Shown here piece by piece: positions 38,961 through 51,455 of a stretch of 64,000 nt of DNA (positions are counted from its first letter, which is position 1; each line of letters begins with the position of its first letter). The position numbers and the translations under genes were made by a program. The notes beneath the pieces are model-generated. The model was not told where the DNA came from and did no database searches. It saw nothing but the letters and a program-made list of their open reading frames with translations. The stretch spans positions 2,790,001 to 2,854,000 of the forward strand of contig CM030338.1 of the NCBI GenBank assembly GCA_017654855.1, in the 5' to 3' direction. Source of the stretch: Podospora anserina. Taxonomy: Eukaryota.

Positions 38961-39114
38961 TATTAAATTGATTATTTTAATCTACTATTAAAAAAATTAT
39001 CACTTGAATTGTAAGACTTAAACTACTATGTCCGGCTTTGCCGTACTCTTTAGGAATTCTCCCTCGTATAACATCAGAATTAACGTAATTGACTACGTTA
39101 TACCGTATTTAACA
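38961..39114. repeat. Right LTR (154 bp)
   Basis: Starts TATTAAATT (a mutated TGTCAAATT), ends TTTAACA and is followed by the TSD GGATG. Confidence 0.88.
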
Positions 39115-42100
39115 GGATGCAGCGTAGAGGTCTGGCGTCAATACACTACCTAGGCTTTCCCAATCGGGATACACCGAGCCCTCTCACCTTTGCTCACCCC
39201 CTGTCCCCAAATAGTGTACCAGGGTTATATCAAGGCTTCTTATACCCTTGAAACCAAACGCACACATTCCCATTCCCAACCGCCATAGGCGACTGCCCCT
39301 CCCTCTACCCTCGTGATACAAAAAACCCCGCGCTTTCTCTCAGGTGTCATGATCCCCTTCAGATGGTGTGGTGGTAAAATGCCCCATCCATGATCGGAAC
39401 AAACGGCAGTCTACACCGGGATATGTCGAACCGCATCACCTGGCTTCAAAACATCAGATGTTCTCTACGTCATAATCGAGATGTTGAACAAGGTCAACTG
39501 CTGTTTGTAGGGCATCATTTTTTCCATTCCTCAACGGTCGAAGCCGTCGGGACGCGATAGGATAGGGCGGGGTAATGCACAAAACTCCACATAGACACAA
39601 CTCCCACTTTCCACCCGCCCATGTCGCATTGTTCATGACGGGAAGCAGGATGTTAGATGGTGGGTGGTGTGGAGTTGGTGGTAAGGTAAGTGGGAGAAGA
39701 AGTGAAATGAATGGCACGGCATGAGACCTGCAAGGCTTCAAAACGATGGTTGTGGGTTTGGTGGATGGATGGATGGATGGATGATGGGTGGGTGCATTCT
39801 TGGCATCTCTTTTGCAAGAAATTCATCGACTGGTTCAGAAGAGAGGGGCTGGGAAAAGAGGAGGATGGAAAATGAGTCGATCAAGATGATCTTGCGAGAC
39901 TCCTGCATGGGATAGCAACGATCTTCGGCGCTGACGGGCATATCCAGCTGAGCTTTGGTGTCTTGAGCCGAAGATGTTCTCTTTGATTTCTCCGTTGGGT
40001 TATCGAGAGATAATATCTGTCTTGGGTCTATGACACCTCTGGACCCGATCTGCATCTCAGAAACAGACATCTTGGATGGTGGTGATGTTGGTCTCTGAAG
40101 GAGGGGCTTGCTACCTGAACCGGCAACTCCTGCACCATGCCGACCACTCGGAGGTATTTCAAGCTCAACCAACCAGTCATAACAAACCCTATCCTGCTCG
40201 ACATGGAACTCGAGACTCAGAGGCGGTGAGACCGCAGGATGCTGGCGTGAGGCAGAGCCTTTTGTTCCATAAGGAGGGACTTGGGTTTCTGAACATCAAC
40301 CCCGCCGGCGGCAATCTTCGATAGTACATCGCTCCCGGAATGTCCCGCACCATCCCGCAAGATCTCACCTTCTGGCGATACACCACCGGTTGGTCGCACG
40401 AGATGCACGTTCCCGGGCCAGACTTTGACAGGCCGGCGTATCTCTAGGTCATTGGAAGGAATGTGCATTGTGGGCTATGCAACACCGAGCTGAGGAGGGG
40501 AAAAACGAACAAACCAGAAAGAAGAGGGTGTTCGACTGAGATCTTTCTCCATCCCTTTCGTACAACCCGGTTTCCTCTCCAGACAAGAGCCATTCCTAGC
40601 GTTGCTTCCATGTGTCCACACAAGCGCTGTAAAGTGTTCTGAATGTGGGGGGAGCATAGCAGATAGATAAAGCAACGCTGTCTGCTGCAGGGTTGGGTTA
40701 GCCGCGAAGCAGGATGACATGCCACTCAGCCACCCTTCCCAATCACCAACGAGAGAGCGTTGCGGTTGCTGCAGAGTATGACATAATTCCGCCCCGTCAA
40801 CAAACGTGTAAGTGCTGCGCTGGCTTGATAGTTGAGGATGGAGTCGTCGTGGTAGTTGAATGCCGTATCGATCTCCAACTCGGACATGTCATAGACATGC
40901 GTGATCGAGTAACGTCAGGGCTCCACGACAATGTTTCGAATGTCGTTCTCTTCTTTTTTTTCTCCGGCTGAAGCGGTTGGTAAAAGGCATCCCGTCTTGA
41001 TCCAAGCAATGGGATGCTGGAAGGATGGCATCACGGCGGTATGCCAAGGCCCTTGTGTTTAAAGAGGGAGGTCGTTGGGAGTGTGTGGGCGTGCCGGGGC
41101 CCGTGAGGTGAATGGCGACTGACGTTGAACCCTGGATGTTAGGGTTCATGGGATGACCTTGTCGACAGGGCTTGGCTCTGGGCAACATCGGGCAATCCGC
41201 ATTGCCCTCCGGATGTTGTGAGCGGGAGAAGCTTTGCTCGAGGTCAGCGACACGTAAGTATACAACCCTATACTTGAGATATCATCTTGGGCTACATAGC
41301 ATCCTAGAATTCCAAGACCGCACAGATGCGGCGGGTTGAGATAAGTGCGCACGGAAGATCTGACGACATGTTTAGGCTGGCCTGTAATTTGGGTGCTATA
41401 GCCAGTCGGGGCAACGCATAAGGACCTAATTACCGGGGCCCGGAGCTTTTTAGCGGCCATCGTTCGAGTGCAAGTAAACAAAGCGCCAGGGCTGGGGAAA
41501 CAGCATTGATGCTTGTGATGCTTGTGGATGTCGAGGACAGCACCCCCCCCAAAAAAAAGATTTCTAGAAGATGTTTGAGCATCAGCATGTGTCGGCTACA
41601 CGGAAGTTCGGGTGATCAGAATGGGATCATGATGGGAAAGATCACCAGGCCACAAAAAGTCATGGTGCAAGTCCCTTTGGGCGGTTGATTTGTTGATCTG
41701 CCGTGCAGCCAAGCCTTTGCTCAGCTCCAAATCAGTTCCGTACAGTGCTGGGTACTGTGATCAATGTCTGACGAGAAGTTCCGTCCGCTCATCGGCGCCG
41801 TTCCGGATATCAATATCAATATCAAACTCCAACCGATATGATATCGCCGCTGATGAACGCGAATGCTCACCTCTCACCCACCACAAACGACCTTACACTA
41901 TGCCACCACAGCACAACATACTACACCGCTTCACAGAGGCAGCCTTTTTTTCGTATCGACGTGAGCGCCGCAGCTGCGCTTCAAGCCGGGCGCTGAAGTG
42001 GCTGCATCATCCAGAGGTTGTGAGTGCTCACCAGCCTTGAGACATGCATCATCCTGCCGAAGCGCTGCAAGCCCGCATATGGTCATGATGCCGGCCATTG

Positions 42101-44382
42101 GCTCGAGAATCCAGTGATGCAGCCAGCACTTGGCTGGGTTCAGATGACGGCAGGGAGAGGTCCAGCTGCACTTTGATGAAATTCCATTGCTGCATGTCTT
42201 GAACTAACCATAGATTATGGGACAGCATAGCATAATTCTTCTCAATATCATATCGTCGGACAGATAATAACGGAGCAGCAGGGGGCCTTCTAGTGTAGAT
42301 AGATAGGTAGGTTGGACTTGGACGCCCCGAGTGTGGTAGGTAGCAGTGGTGGTGGTCTGGTAGGTGCCGGCGGTCGTCAAGGAAACAGTCAAAGCGAAAT
42401 GACGGTGAGTGGTGTGTAAGAGTGTGAGAGTGTGAGAGTGTGAGAGTGTGTACATCAGAGAGGCACAGTGATCGGACAGACGGGCTGCGAAACACTCGAC
42501 CCGCAAGAGATGGTGATTGATCTCCAGAGTCTCTGGTGGATTCGACCCGACCGACAACTCGGCCGGTGATCAAGACAGACCCAAGACCCCCAAGACCCAG
42601 GACGGGACTCAGGACCCTGATGTCGGATGGAGAAAAACCAAAAAACGGTTTGCTGGGGTGACCACAACCACAGTGCGAAGCTGGTGAGAGGAGAGAGAAG
42701 AACCAAGGCTTGGAAGCACCTCAGCAGGCAGACCCTAGGAGTGGAGGGCAGTCCTGGACAGGCATGTCACCGATACCACTAGGCGCCACCATCTCTGCAG
42801 TAGCGCTGCTTTTTCAGTGCCGCCAATCTGGAGTGCCCCCGTGCAAGGTGCAGCTCGTGGTTGGATTGGTATTTTAATTTCGCTATCTGCCCCCCTCACC
42901 ACCAAGAGGACCCCTTCTTTTCCCTCTCTCTCTTTTTTCCTGCAGGTGGTAGCGCCGGGATATCTGGATAGGAAGAAGCAGCAGAAAGACGTCGTCGCCG
43001 TTGTTGTTGTTGTTGTTGTCGGTCGAAAACTCTTCACCTCACCTCACCTCAGCCCAACCCCTCACCCTAATACCTATCTCGCCATACATAATACAGAAGG
43101 GCTCCACTCGGCTTCACCTCGCACACCAGACCGAACCACACCACACCTACCCAACTCAACCCTTCCCCGCACCCGCGTTCGACTTCACTCTGTCGCTTGC
43201 TTGGGCACCCGTTCCGCCGGCCGCCTTTTTCGACAGAAATCCGAGAGCCCCCCCGGATTGGGTCCGAACAGTCTGGTCTCCCGCCGGCCACCACCATTCC
43301 CGGTAAGTTGAATATCTCACATTTGTATTTTCCTTGGCCGTGTTTTGCGTCCAGCCTGCCAGCGAACTATCGAGCGACCGCGTCCTGCACACTCCTCCGC
43401 CCCGGCTATCGCCCAGAGAGACCGACACACCTCCCTCCGCCCCTCGAATTTTGGATCGATATCCGGTGACTGGTTTCTCAGCTCCTCCGCCCCCTCCTGC
43501 TTGCTTGCGCGTGATCTGTGGTTCATTCCTCGCCATATCGCCGTGCCCGGGAACGGGTACGTGCTGAGCCGCCCTCTTTGGTACCGCCCAACACCGAACC
43601 ACCGTTATCAGCATTCGCAGTCCTCGAAACACACAACAACCACAAATGGCTGTTTGCCTGTTGCCTCGCGATATCAAATACAAAAATCAAGATTTATTTG
43701 TCTTGTCAACACCGGCAATGCACCAACATTCGCCTTGAAACGGGTCTTTGGTTTTGAAACCCCATCGGCCATATATCGACCAGAGCATGACCACAAAGCG
43801 GGTTGGGGTCCCGGAGTCCTGTCCCAGCAAACCACCCTACCTTATATTACGCGCCGCACAGCCGCTGCCCTCCCCGCAACCGACCGATTAGACAATACCT
43901 AGTTTTTGACCACTTGTCAGCCAGCTTGAACGACCGTTGTGCTACGCCCAACTTGTCTTTAAACACCGACGGCTTCACCCGGATTGCGATCTCGAAACTG
44001 TCTCTGGACCGTCCCGTGTACCTCGATAGAACCGCCTTATTATTGTTCGCTGACAGGCTGGCCGACCTCGTTGCTTTTCCACACTTTGCCCAACGTTCCG
44101 CTGGGGGAAAACACAGACTCACTTCCTCACCGAACACACAGCACATCTGTGCGAGGTGACGAATCGACCGACTAACATATGACACTTCGGCAGGCTGCTG
44201 TTCCACCCTTGCCACATCAGAAATTCCACCCAGCTTCGCCAGGGTTTAAAATAATTGCATCGCAGGCAGGCATCCGATAAGCGTTTTTGAACGATATCCT
44301 CCTCGCCCCGCTCCAGACGTGCAGTCATCCGCTCCTTTGATCGTCACCATCATAACCCCATGCATTCTTACTAGCCGACACA

Positions 44383-47010
44383 ATGGACTCGGAAGACGGG
44401 GAGTTTTTTGTCAAGGTATGTTTGGTGTCTTTGCTGCTGCCACCGCCATCAACCAAGCTAACTGTCTTGTCTGAACAGCAACTCGCAACGTTTGTGCGAA
44501 CACACGAGAAGGCGCTCGCAAATGCGCTTCAGTTTCGGCGGCAGACACCTCGCCATGGATCCTCACAAAGTGTCTCGTCGGTTTCCCCTGTGAACGCACC
44601 GACGTCCCCATCAATACCGGAACGGCCTGCTACGTCAGCCTCAACCTCGAGCACACTGGCAGCCGCCTTTTCTCTGGGCTCGCTGAACCTCACCTCGCAC
44701 AGCGTAAAATCAGCAAAGCTCGCCCTCACCCCACATCACCTCTTTTATTTGCTCTCCCGATTCGAAGAGCTTAGCATACCTGTCGGGCCCATGAAAATTC
44801 GCCTGGAGAATCTGCATGATACAACGGCTTCGGGAAACTATGTCTCCTTCCTCGGGCAATCTCAGCGTTCCAAGAGTCGCGGCTCCGATGTCGGCTCCAT
44901 TCACTCGGTTTCCAGTCTTCGGAGCGTTATGTCAGGCATGTCCGCTCTTTGGGCCAGCTTCGGAATCGGATCGGGTATTTCCGCCGCTCGAACAGAAAGG
45001 CAAAAGGCGGCGATCCAAAATGACTTGAAATACCTCTACTCCGCCTTTACCAAGATTCCCTGCCTGAGACTCGCTCCAGATTGGCGCGCTCGTCTCATCA
45101 GGGGCTACGAGGAGTTTCCCTTTGACTCAGCAGTGCCTCTGTACGTCTTCAAAAACGTCCAGGCACTGGAGGTGAGCGATATCGATTTTAGGCAATTCTT
45201 TGGTTGGGATAAGCTCTCAGAACAGCTTCGTTCGCTCACGCTCAAGCGTGCCAGCATTGAGGACCCAGCAGATATCCTGATCGATATTGTCTTGGACGAC
45301 ATGGACAAGCGCAGGCGCCGCACATCCAAGAGCCAAGCATCACCCACCACACAGTCAACCTGGCCAGGAGCTGTGAACAGCCCTCGGAGAAGTCCGACGG
45401 TGTCGCACATGGACTTGCCAAAGTCCACCTCTGCCCCTGGTTCCCCTGATGCCCGGAAATCGGCAAACGATCTTCCTGTCGGCTCTCTAAGTAGTGAACT
45501 TGGGACAGACCAAGAGGGCCGGACTCCCACCGACAGCAGGAGGCCTTCGATCGTCAGGATTGACAGTGATGAGCTCAAGTCACCACCAGCAAGGGATACT
45601 CGGCCACGGAGTCACTCTCCCCGTCGGCCTCATAGTTCCAGAAACGGCTCTTCCAACGTGCGCGGATCTTCTTACAAGATCCGGCGATCTGGTTCTGGAA
45701 GCTCTCAGTCAAGTCTCTCGGACTCGTGGCACAACGGCCGTGGAAGCGCTTCCAACCTCCTTTCCATGGGCATCCTCCCAGCCTCCAAGTGGCGCTTCCT
45801 CAAGCACTTGAGCCTGACGGATAATTCTTTGACCAACATTCCCGCCGCCAGTTTGGCACCACTGGCCAACAGCCTGCACTCCCTCGACCTGTCGTCTAAC
45901 CTCTTTACCCAGATCCCCGACAGTGTCGCCACGCTAACCTCGCTGCGCGCCCTGAACCTTGCCCACTGCATGATCGACTCGCTGCATTCACTCACCCGCA
46001 ACCCTCTCCCAGCCATCACTGCCCTCAACCTCCGAGCCAACCGCTTGCAGTCTCTTGCCGGAATCGAAAAGCTCTTTCCCCTGGAAAGGTTAGACTTGCG
46101 GGACAACCGTCTGACGGACCCATCAGAACTGGCTCGCTTGACGGGAATTCCCGAGATCCGAGAGATCTATGTGGACGGCAACCCCTTTACACGCACTCAT
46201 CGCGACTACCGCATCACCATCTTCAACCTCTTCCGTCAAACACCCGGATATACTGAGGACATCACCATCGATGGAAGCGGGCCTAGTTACTCGGAGAAGC
46301 GGTATCTGGTAGAGAGGGCAGCGTTGCCTCCTGCTGTTCCCGTGGTCAAGCCGCCACCCGAGGAGATTCCTGCCGTGGATGTGAGCAAGCCGGCTATCCT
46401 TTATGATGCCCCCATCAAGGAGCCCGCTGTCCTTCGTAAAGAGCGTCCTCAGCCCAAGACTGTTTCGAGCGAGGTCAACACCAACTCTACCCGGCGCCGG
46501 AGAGCACCCAAGCGGCGGATTGTCGATCTGGCAACCAATGATACCCCTATACCCCATGCCCAGCCAATCGACAATCAGACCCGCGTGCCAAGTATCAAGA
46601 CCACGGCAGTGCTCGAGCCAGAGTCCAATTACCGGACCTCACAACCACCAGACACACAACGGCCAACGGCGAACGTCCTTGGGGAAACCGTTGCAGTTCC
46701 CCAAGGCCTTGCGCCAGAGGTCCCCAGAATCGACACCAGCGTCATTCCGCAACTTCCACCTGTCTATGATACGGGCGAGAACAACACGGAGTGGGACGTT
46801 GGTGGGGAGATCTATCGAAGAAAAATCGAGGCCCTCCGCGGCAAGGTCGGGAGTGGTTATCTCAGCGTGCTCAGTGAGGAAGGCGGCTACCCCACCAGCC
46901 TTCCACCAGACTATCACGAGCCGGCAGACTTTGGCGCTGCCTCACCCCACTCAATCACACCTCGAGCTGCCAGCGTGCAAGCGATCCACAGCGGTCGCAC
47001 GCTAGGCTGA
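44383..47010 (+). CDS. Conserved fungal leucine-rich-repeat protein (nischarin/STK11IP-like LRR region), 2 coding exons
   Basis: MDSEDGEFFVK|QLATFVRTHEKALANAL with a 63-nt in-frame intron at 44416-44478. LRRs LKHLSLTDNSL, LHSLDLSSNLF, LRALNLAHCMI, ITALNLRANRL and LERLDLRDNRL, then a cap DGNPF..YR. Confidence 0.88.
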   Translation: MDSEDGEFFVKVCLVSLLLPPPSTKLTVLSEQQLATFVRTHEKALANALQFRRQTPRHGSSQSVSSVSPVNAPTSPSIPERPATSASTSSTLAAAFSLGSLNLTSHSVKSAKLALTPHHLFYLLSRFEELSIPVGPMKIRLENLHDTTASGNYVSFLGQSQRSKSRGSDVGSIHSVSSLRSVMSGMSALWASFGIGSGISAARTERQKAAIQNDLKYLYSAFTKIPCLRLAPDWRARLIRGYEEFPFDSAVPLYVFKNVQALEVSDIDFRQFFGWDKLSEQLRSLTLKRASIEDPADILIDIVLDDMDKRRRRTSKSQASPTTQSTWPGAVNSPRRSPTVSHMDLPKSTSAPGSPDARKSANDLPVGSLSSELGTDQEGRTPTDSRRPSIVRIDSDELKSPPARDTRPRSHSPRRPHSSRNGSSNVRGSSYKIRRSGSGSSQSSLSDSWHNGRGSASNLLSMGILPASKWRFLKHLSLTDNSLTNIPAASLAPLANSLHSLDLSSNLFTQIPDSVATLTSLRALNLAHCMIDSLHSLTRNPLPAITALNLRANRLQSLAGIEKLFPLERLDLRDNRLTDPSELARLTGIPEIREIYVDGNPFTRTHRDYRITIFNLFRQTPGYTEDITIDGSGPSYSEKRYLVERAALPPAVPVVKPPPEEIPAVDVSKPAILYDAPIKEPAVLRKERPQPKTVSSEVNTNSTRRRRAPKRRIVDLATNDTPIPHAQPIDNQTRVPSIKTTAVLEPESNYRTSQPPDTQRPTANVLGETVAVPQGLAPEVPRIDTSVIPQLPPVYDTGENNTEWDVGGEIYRRKIEALRGKVGSGYLSVLSEEGGYPTSLPPDYHEPADFGAASPHSITPRAASVQAIHSGRTLG

Positions 47011-49085
47011 AGAAGAAGATTATTGCCTAAAATTCTTATCATTTTCATCATTCTGTGATACCCCGCCAGTTTATAATGGCACAAACAGAGAGGAGGGAAT
47101 TGGAGATGGAATGGGCATTATATGGGAGGGAAGGAAAGGGGGGGAAATGAACATGTGTTCATGTCTTGATGATGGATCATGTTGCTATGTGCTGTTGGAT
47201 TTTGCTCGGTTTTTTTTTTTTAGAGACGAACGATGACTGGAGTGATTGAACGACGATGAGCAAGCAACAGCAACGACAGTGGACTGGGAAAAGCTTACTC
47301 GACCATCTTTCATCCCCACCTTTTCTCTTCCTGCCACCTCTTGAAAAAGAGGCTGGCTTGGTTTTTTATATTCGTTGTTCATACAAAGTTTTTTGTGTTT
47401 AACATTTGTCAGGAGCATAGCGTTGGGAGTTTGCGGGTTTGGCTTTGTTTTTCTTCTCATCAATGCGGGGGCGGGCATCATTCAGCATCTTCTCATCATC
47501 ATTCATCATTGGAGGAAAGACGGAGAGAGAATACATTGTGGGACAGGAGGTGTCAGTAGAGGGGGAAGAGGAGTGGGTGGTTATATACACATGTGTTCCA
47601 ACGGGTCAAGAAAGTTTTCTTCATTTCTTCTCATGTTTTGCTTTTTTCTGTTTGTTGATGATGTTCAATCTTTGTTGTTGGTGATGACTTGTTCGTTGCC
47701 AGGCGGGATTTGAATGTCTTTAATATACCCCTCTTTCTTTCTTGGCCCTTTGGAACATATGTTATATACACATCTTTCTTCTTTTCTTTTTCAGAGGGAT
47801 AGATGTTGGTTTGGTGGCGTTGTTTGTGTTGTGGGTTTCTTGTACAAAAGGTTGGGGTTATAATTGGGAGATGAAAGATAGAGAGAAGAGAGAGAGAGAG
47901 AGAGTACAGAAGGATGAAATGAAATATGAATATCGCTGGGATGAAAGGGGAGGTTCGGGGGGTGGACTGGGACAGAGTGGTTGTTTCTGTTTATGTTCAC
48001 CTTTCAGCTCCTTCTTTTCTGGCTGGTGTTTTTCTGATGATATTCTGGACCCTTTATGCGTTTGGTCTTCGTGGTTGTCGTTGCGTGCGATTTCTTGTCT
48101 CGTTGCTGCACTTGCTAGAGTGGCATTTTTTGCAAGAGTGGAGGTGGTAAAAGTTGCATGCTGAGTTATTGAGTTGTTTGATCAAAGCATATTTATGGAG
48201 TGGTCAGGGAAAAGATGGTGTTTTTGTGTTGGTTTTCTTGATTTCGAGGTCTAGAAGGAGGTTTTCAAGATGAGCAGAGAGAGTCAGTCCAGTTATCGGC
48301 AGCTAAGAGAGTGAGTGTTGTGGGAAGCAAGGAGAGCAGCCCTGGTGGTTGGGCTCTAGTTTTGCAACAAAGAAGGCAGAAAGAATAGGGGGTGGTAGAT
48401 TTGAATTTGAATTGAGAACTTTTCGAATTAGTACTGATTTACTTGCAAACTGTCGGTTGATTGTGTACTTCGATTCCGGATTTCTCAGCATCGATATGTC
48501 TTGCCATATTACAGCGCTGATCAAATGGTCATAGCCTCGCTCAACTATCTCCTGGTATCCGATTCACCCACCTCGAGTATATCCCTTCTGTAGACACAAA
48601 GCAAGGTACATGTTGATAGTCACGTTAAACCACGCGTGTAATACACAAGCTCTTTCGCAGCTAGCTTGGTGGAGATTATCTACCTACCTTGGACGTACCT
48701 GATAGCTAGGACAGCGCATCCGTCACCAATGCCCGAAACATTGCCAACATGGGTACCAAAACCACAGGCCTCACACACGGAAAACACAAGCCATATACCA
48801 CTGTCTCGAAGAATAACATGGTCCAAATCAGCATCCGGATAGGTGTCTTTCCTGGCTTCGATTCCTTGTCTCGCAGTCCTCTCTTCTGTTGTATTTGGCC
48901 ATGTATTGTTATCGATAAACTGGAATCAAACTCACGCTGAATGAGGGCATGGTTGGCATGACACACGCTATCTGAGTTATACGGGTGAGATCGCGCTAGG
49001 AGCGCCTATCTCGTGCTCGATTCTGAACATCTTTAATTGTTGAGCTGTTCCTGTGTTTTCTGTGGTGCGAGGCGGCTACTACCAA

Positions 49086-49261
49086 TTTTTTTTAAAAAAA
49101 CTATAACAAAAAAAATATAACAAAAAAATATAACAAAAAAATATAACAAAAAAATAATAACAAAAAAATAATAACAAAAAAATAATAACAAAAAAAATAT
49201 AACCGAAAAATATAACCAAAAAAAATATAAAAAAAAATATAAAAAAAAATATAAAAAAAAA
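49086..49261. repeat. A-rich minisatellite, ~13 copies of a 12-15 bp unit (A7-9 TATAAC / TAATAAC)
   Basis: Directly visible; preceded by a T tract. Confidence 0.92.
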
Positions 49262-51455
49262 GACCACTTCAGCCCGGTTCAGTCATCAAACTGGAATCGA
49301 ATGCCATGGCATAATAAGAGACCAAAGCTGTTTACTGCCGACGGGAGTCACATGGGTCGAATGTTCTTGTCTCGGGAGGGAAGTAGAGGGGTTGCTGCCT
49401 GGATAGGGGTGATGGTGGTGGGGATTGGGCCTGTTGTTGAAGCTGGAGGGAGGGGCGGAGGGGGAGGGGGTGGTCGGGAAGGGGTAGCTAAGTCCAGTTG
49501 GAAGAAGGAGTAATGAGTAGCCCCATAACTGGCATCAGATAGCTTTGGGGTTACAGTCATCGATGTCAACACCATACCAATACTCGATCTCGTAAATTTC
49601 TTTTCTTCACGTGGAGGATGAATTTCTTTTTTTTTGGGGGGAGGTTGAGTTGATGGGAGGCACAATGCCGAGATGCGCTTCTTCTTTGTAATGATGTTTA
49701 TGGAATTTTTGATGTTGAACTGCACGGCAAAGCTGAGGCTTCTCGAGCAAGCTCTGCGATGTATCATTCAAACCAAGAGGAGGTAGCTGGTCTCAGGACT
49801 CTAAAAGTGGCCTTTTCTCATGAAACCTACGTAAGGTGCGTGGTCTTTGACTGCTATGGGAAGGGTGTTTTGTATGGCTTTTCGATTAACCAATCTTTTA
49901 CGGGACTGTCAAAATGTCCTTGGGAACAAGGGAACTTTCCATACTGACTACCGGTCTGTGAAAATGCGTTTGAGTAGGTCTTGGCCATTGCTGCAGCCTA
50001 GGATGCTGTGTGACGTTCCAATATTGACAGGCTGTTGATAACAAGCGAGCGTGGTTTGTGGCTACGGATGGCAGCCTGTGGGCAACGCAATCTTCAAAAC
50101 CTATGATGCCGCCGAAGGGTGACTTTGTGCAGACCTACTGTTTTTCACTTTACTCAATTGTCTGATCAATTAGTCCATTCGGGACAAGTCAATCTGAATG
50201 ATTGCTGTCATGATTGATTCAACGAACCTAGAGCACCTCGTTGGCACAAATCCCTATGGGCAGAGTGCGAAAAGTTTTTTTATTGATGTAGATTGAAGTG
50301 CCATCGGGTTTCAAGAGGGAGGTTGGGCACCGTCCAAAGAACAAGCGGTTGGCAATGTTTGGAGATGACCACAGTCGGTGAAAATTGCAGAGGAAGAAGC
50401 AACAAAATGCGGAGGCCGGAGATCAAAAGTTCAAGATTGGGATGATGGATCTCAAGTTGACCCAAGAGCTTGGGACCAATGATGGCAATTGAAAACAACC
50501 CCCCCGGATGGCAGTTATGCAAGTTCGATCTCGACTGGAGTCCCAGAGCAGAGGAAACCAAACCATTGGCCTGTCGCAAAGGTGCTCTGCTCAAGATGCA
50601 GAGTGGAGCGGACCACGTCATTGGGAACTCCAAAATAGAAACTGCTTTGCAGCTTTCAGCCCTACAAGGCGAGTCTGCATCAGGGGAACCAACATGGATT
50701 CAGGGGGCTGATGGGGAGAGGAGGGGCCAATGGGGGTCACCTGACAGTTTTGCAGAGCAATTGAAATATATACAGAGTCAATTGACCCTTTCCGATCCCA
50801 TTTGATCTTGTTTTGCGCGTTGGACTGCTCTTTCAAACCCTTCTGCACGAGGGAAGCATTGTGTCGCGAACCGAACAAGCGGGGCTCCAGTTGTGGTGAT
50901 ATTCACTGGCCTAGCGTCCCCACGCAGTTCTAGAACCTCATGCGCTTCCCTGGTCTTGCTCTTACAAAAAGACGTGAATGAGACGTGGATTTCATTTGTG
51001 CATATTTCCTCTACCTCGTAGTGATTGCGCGCCACCTTTGTGATTACGAGTTTGACACCAAAGCTAGAATCTAAGTTGGATATCTTCAAAAGCACGTGCA
51101 TCTGAGTGTTCCACACCCTGGTCACGCACGGGCCTCATCTGTCAAAAGCTCCTCTTACCTAATCATTTTGTGGAGCTACACCACGCGTTTTGACGACATG
51201 CCCTGAATGTTTGTCGAGTTTCGTTGACACTTTGCATCACCCACCATCGAAATAAGCTCACCAACTGCCAGCAGGCACACCGCCGCGTTGACAAAGAACA
51301 CGGTTTTCACACATGACCAATGCGAGCCAATAAACCCCGCCCTGTTCGAGCGACCCCGCATCGAGCAACAACTACGCGCTGATCCCGCCGACGACATCGC
51401 CGAGCAGCCTCTACCTCACTTTCTATCCCGATAACCACCTTGCTCACCTTTTGCC

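Larger units (their letters stand above)
37546..39114. mobile_element. RIP-degraded non-autonomous LTR retroelement (TRIM-like or internally deleted), 1,569 bp
   Basis: GGATG at 37541-37545 and 39115-39119 forms a 5-bp TSD. Termini are TGTCAAAT...ATTTAACA. Direct repeats lie at 37546-37700 and 38961-39114, and the interior is very AT-rich with no ORFs. Confidence 0.9.

Noticed and set aside
50280-51125. Overlapping 110-117 aa ORFs upstream of NTO1
   Set aside because: They occur on both strands with no motif or codon bias; a gene or pseudogene call cannot be supported.
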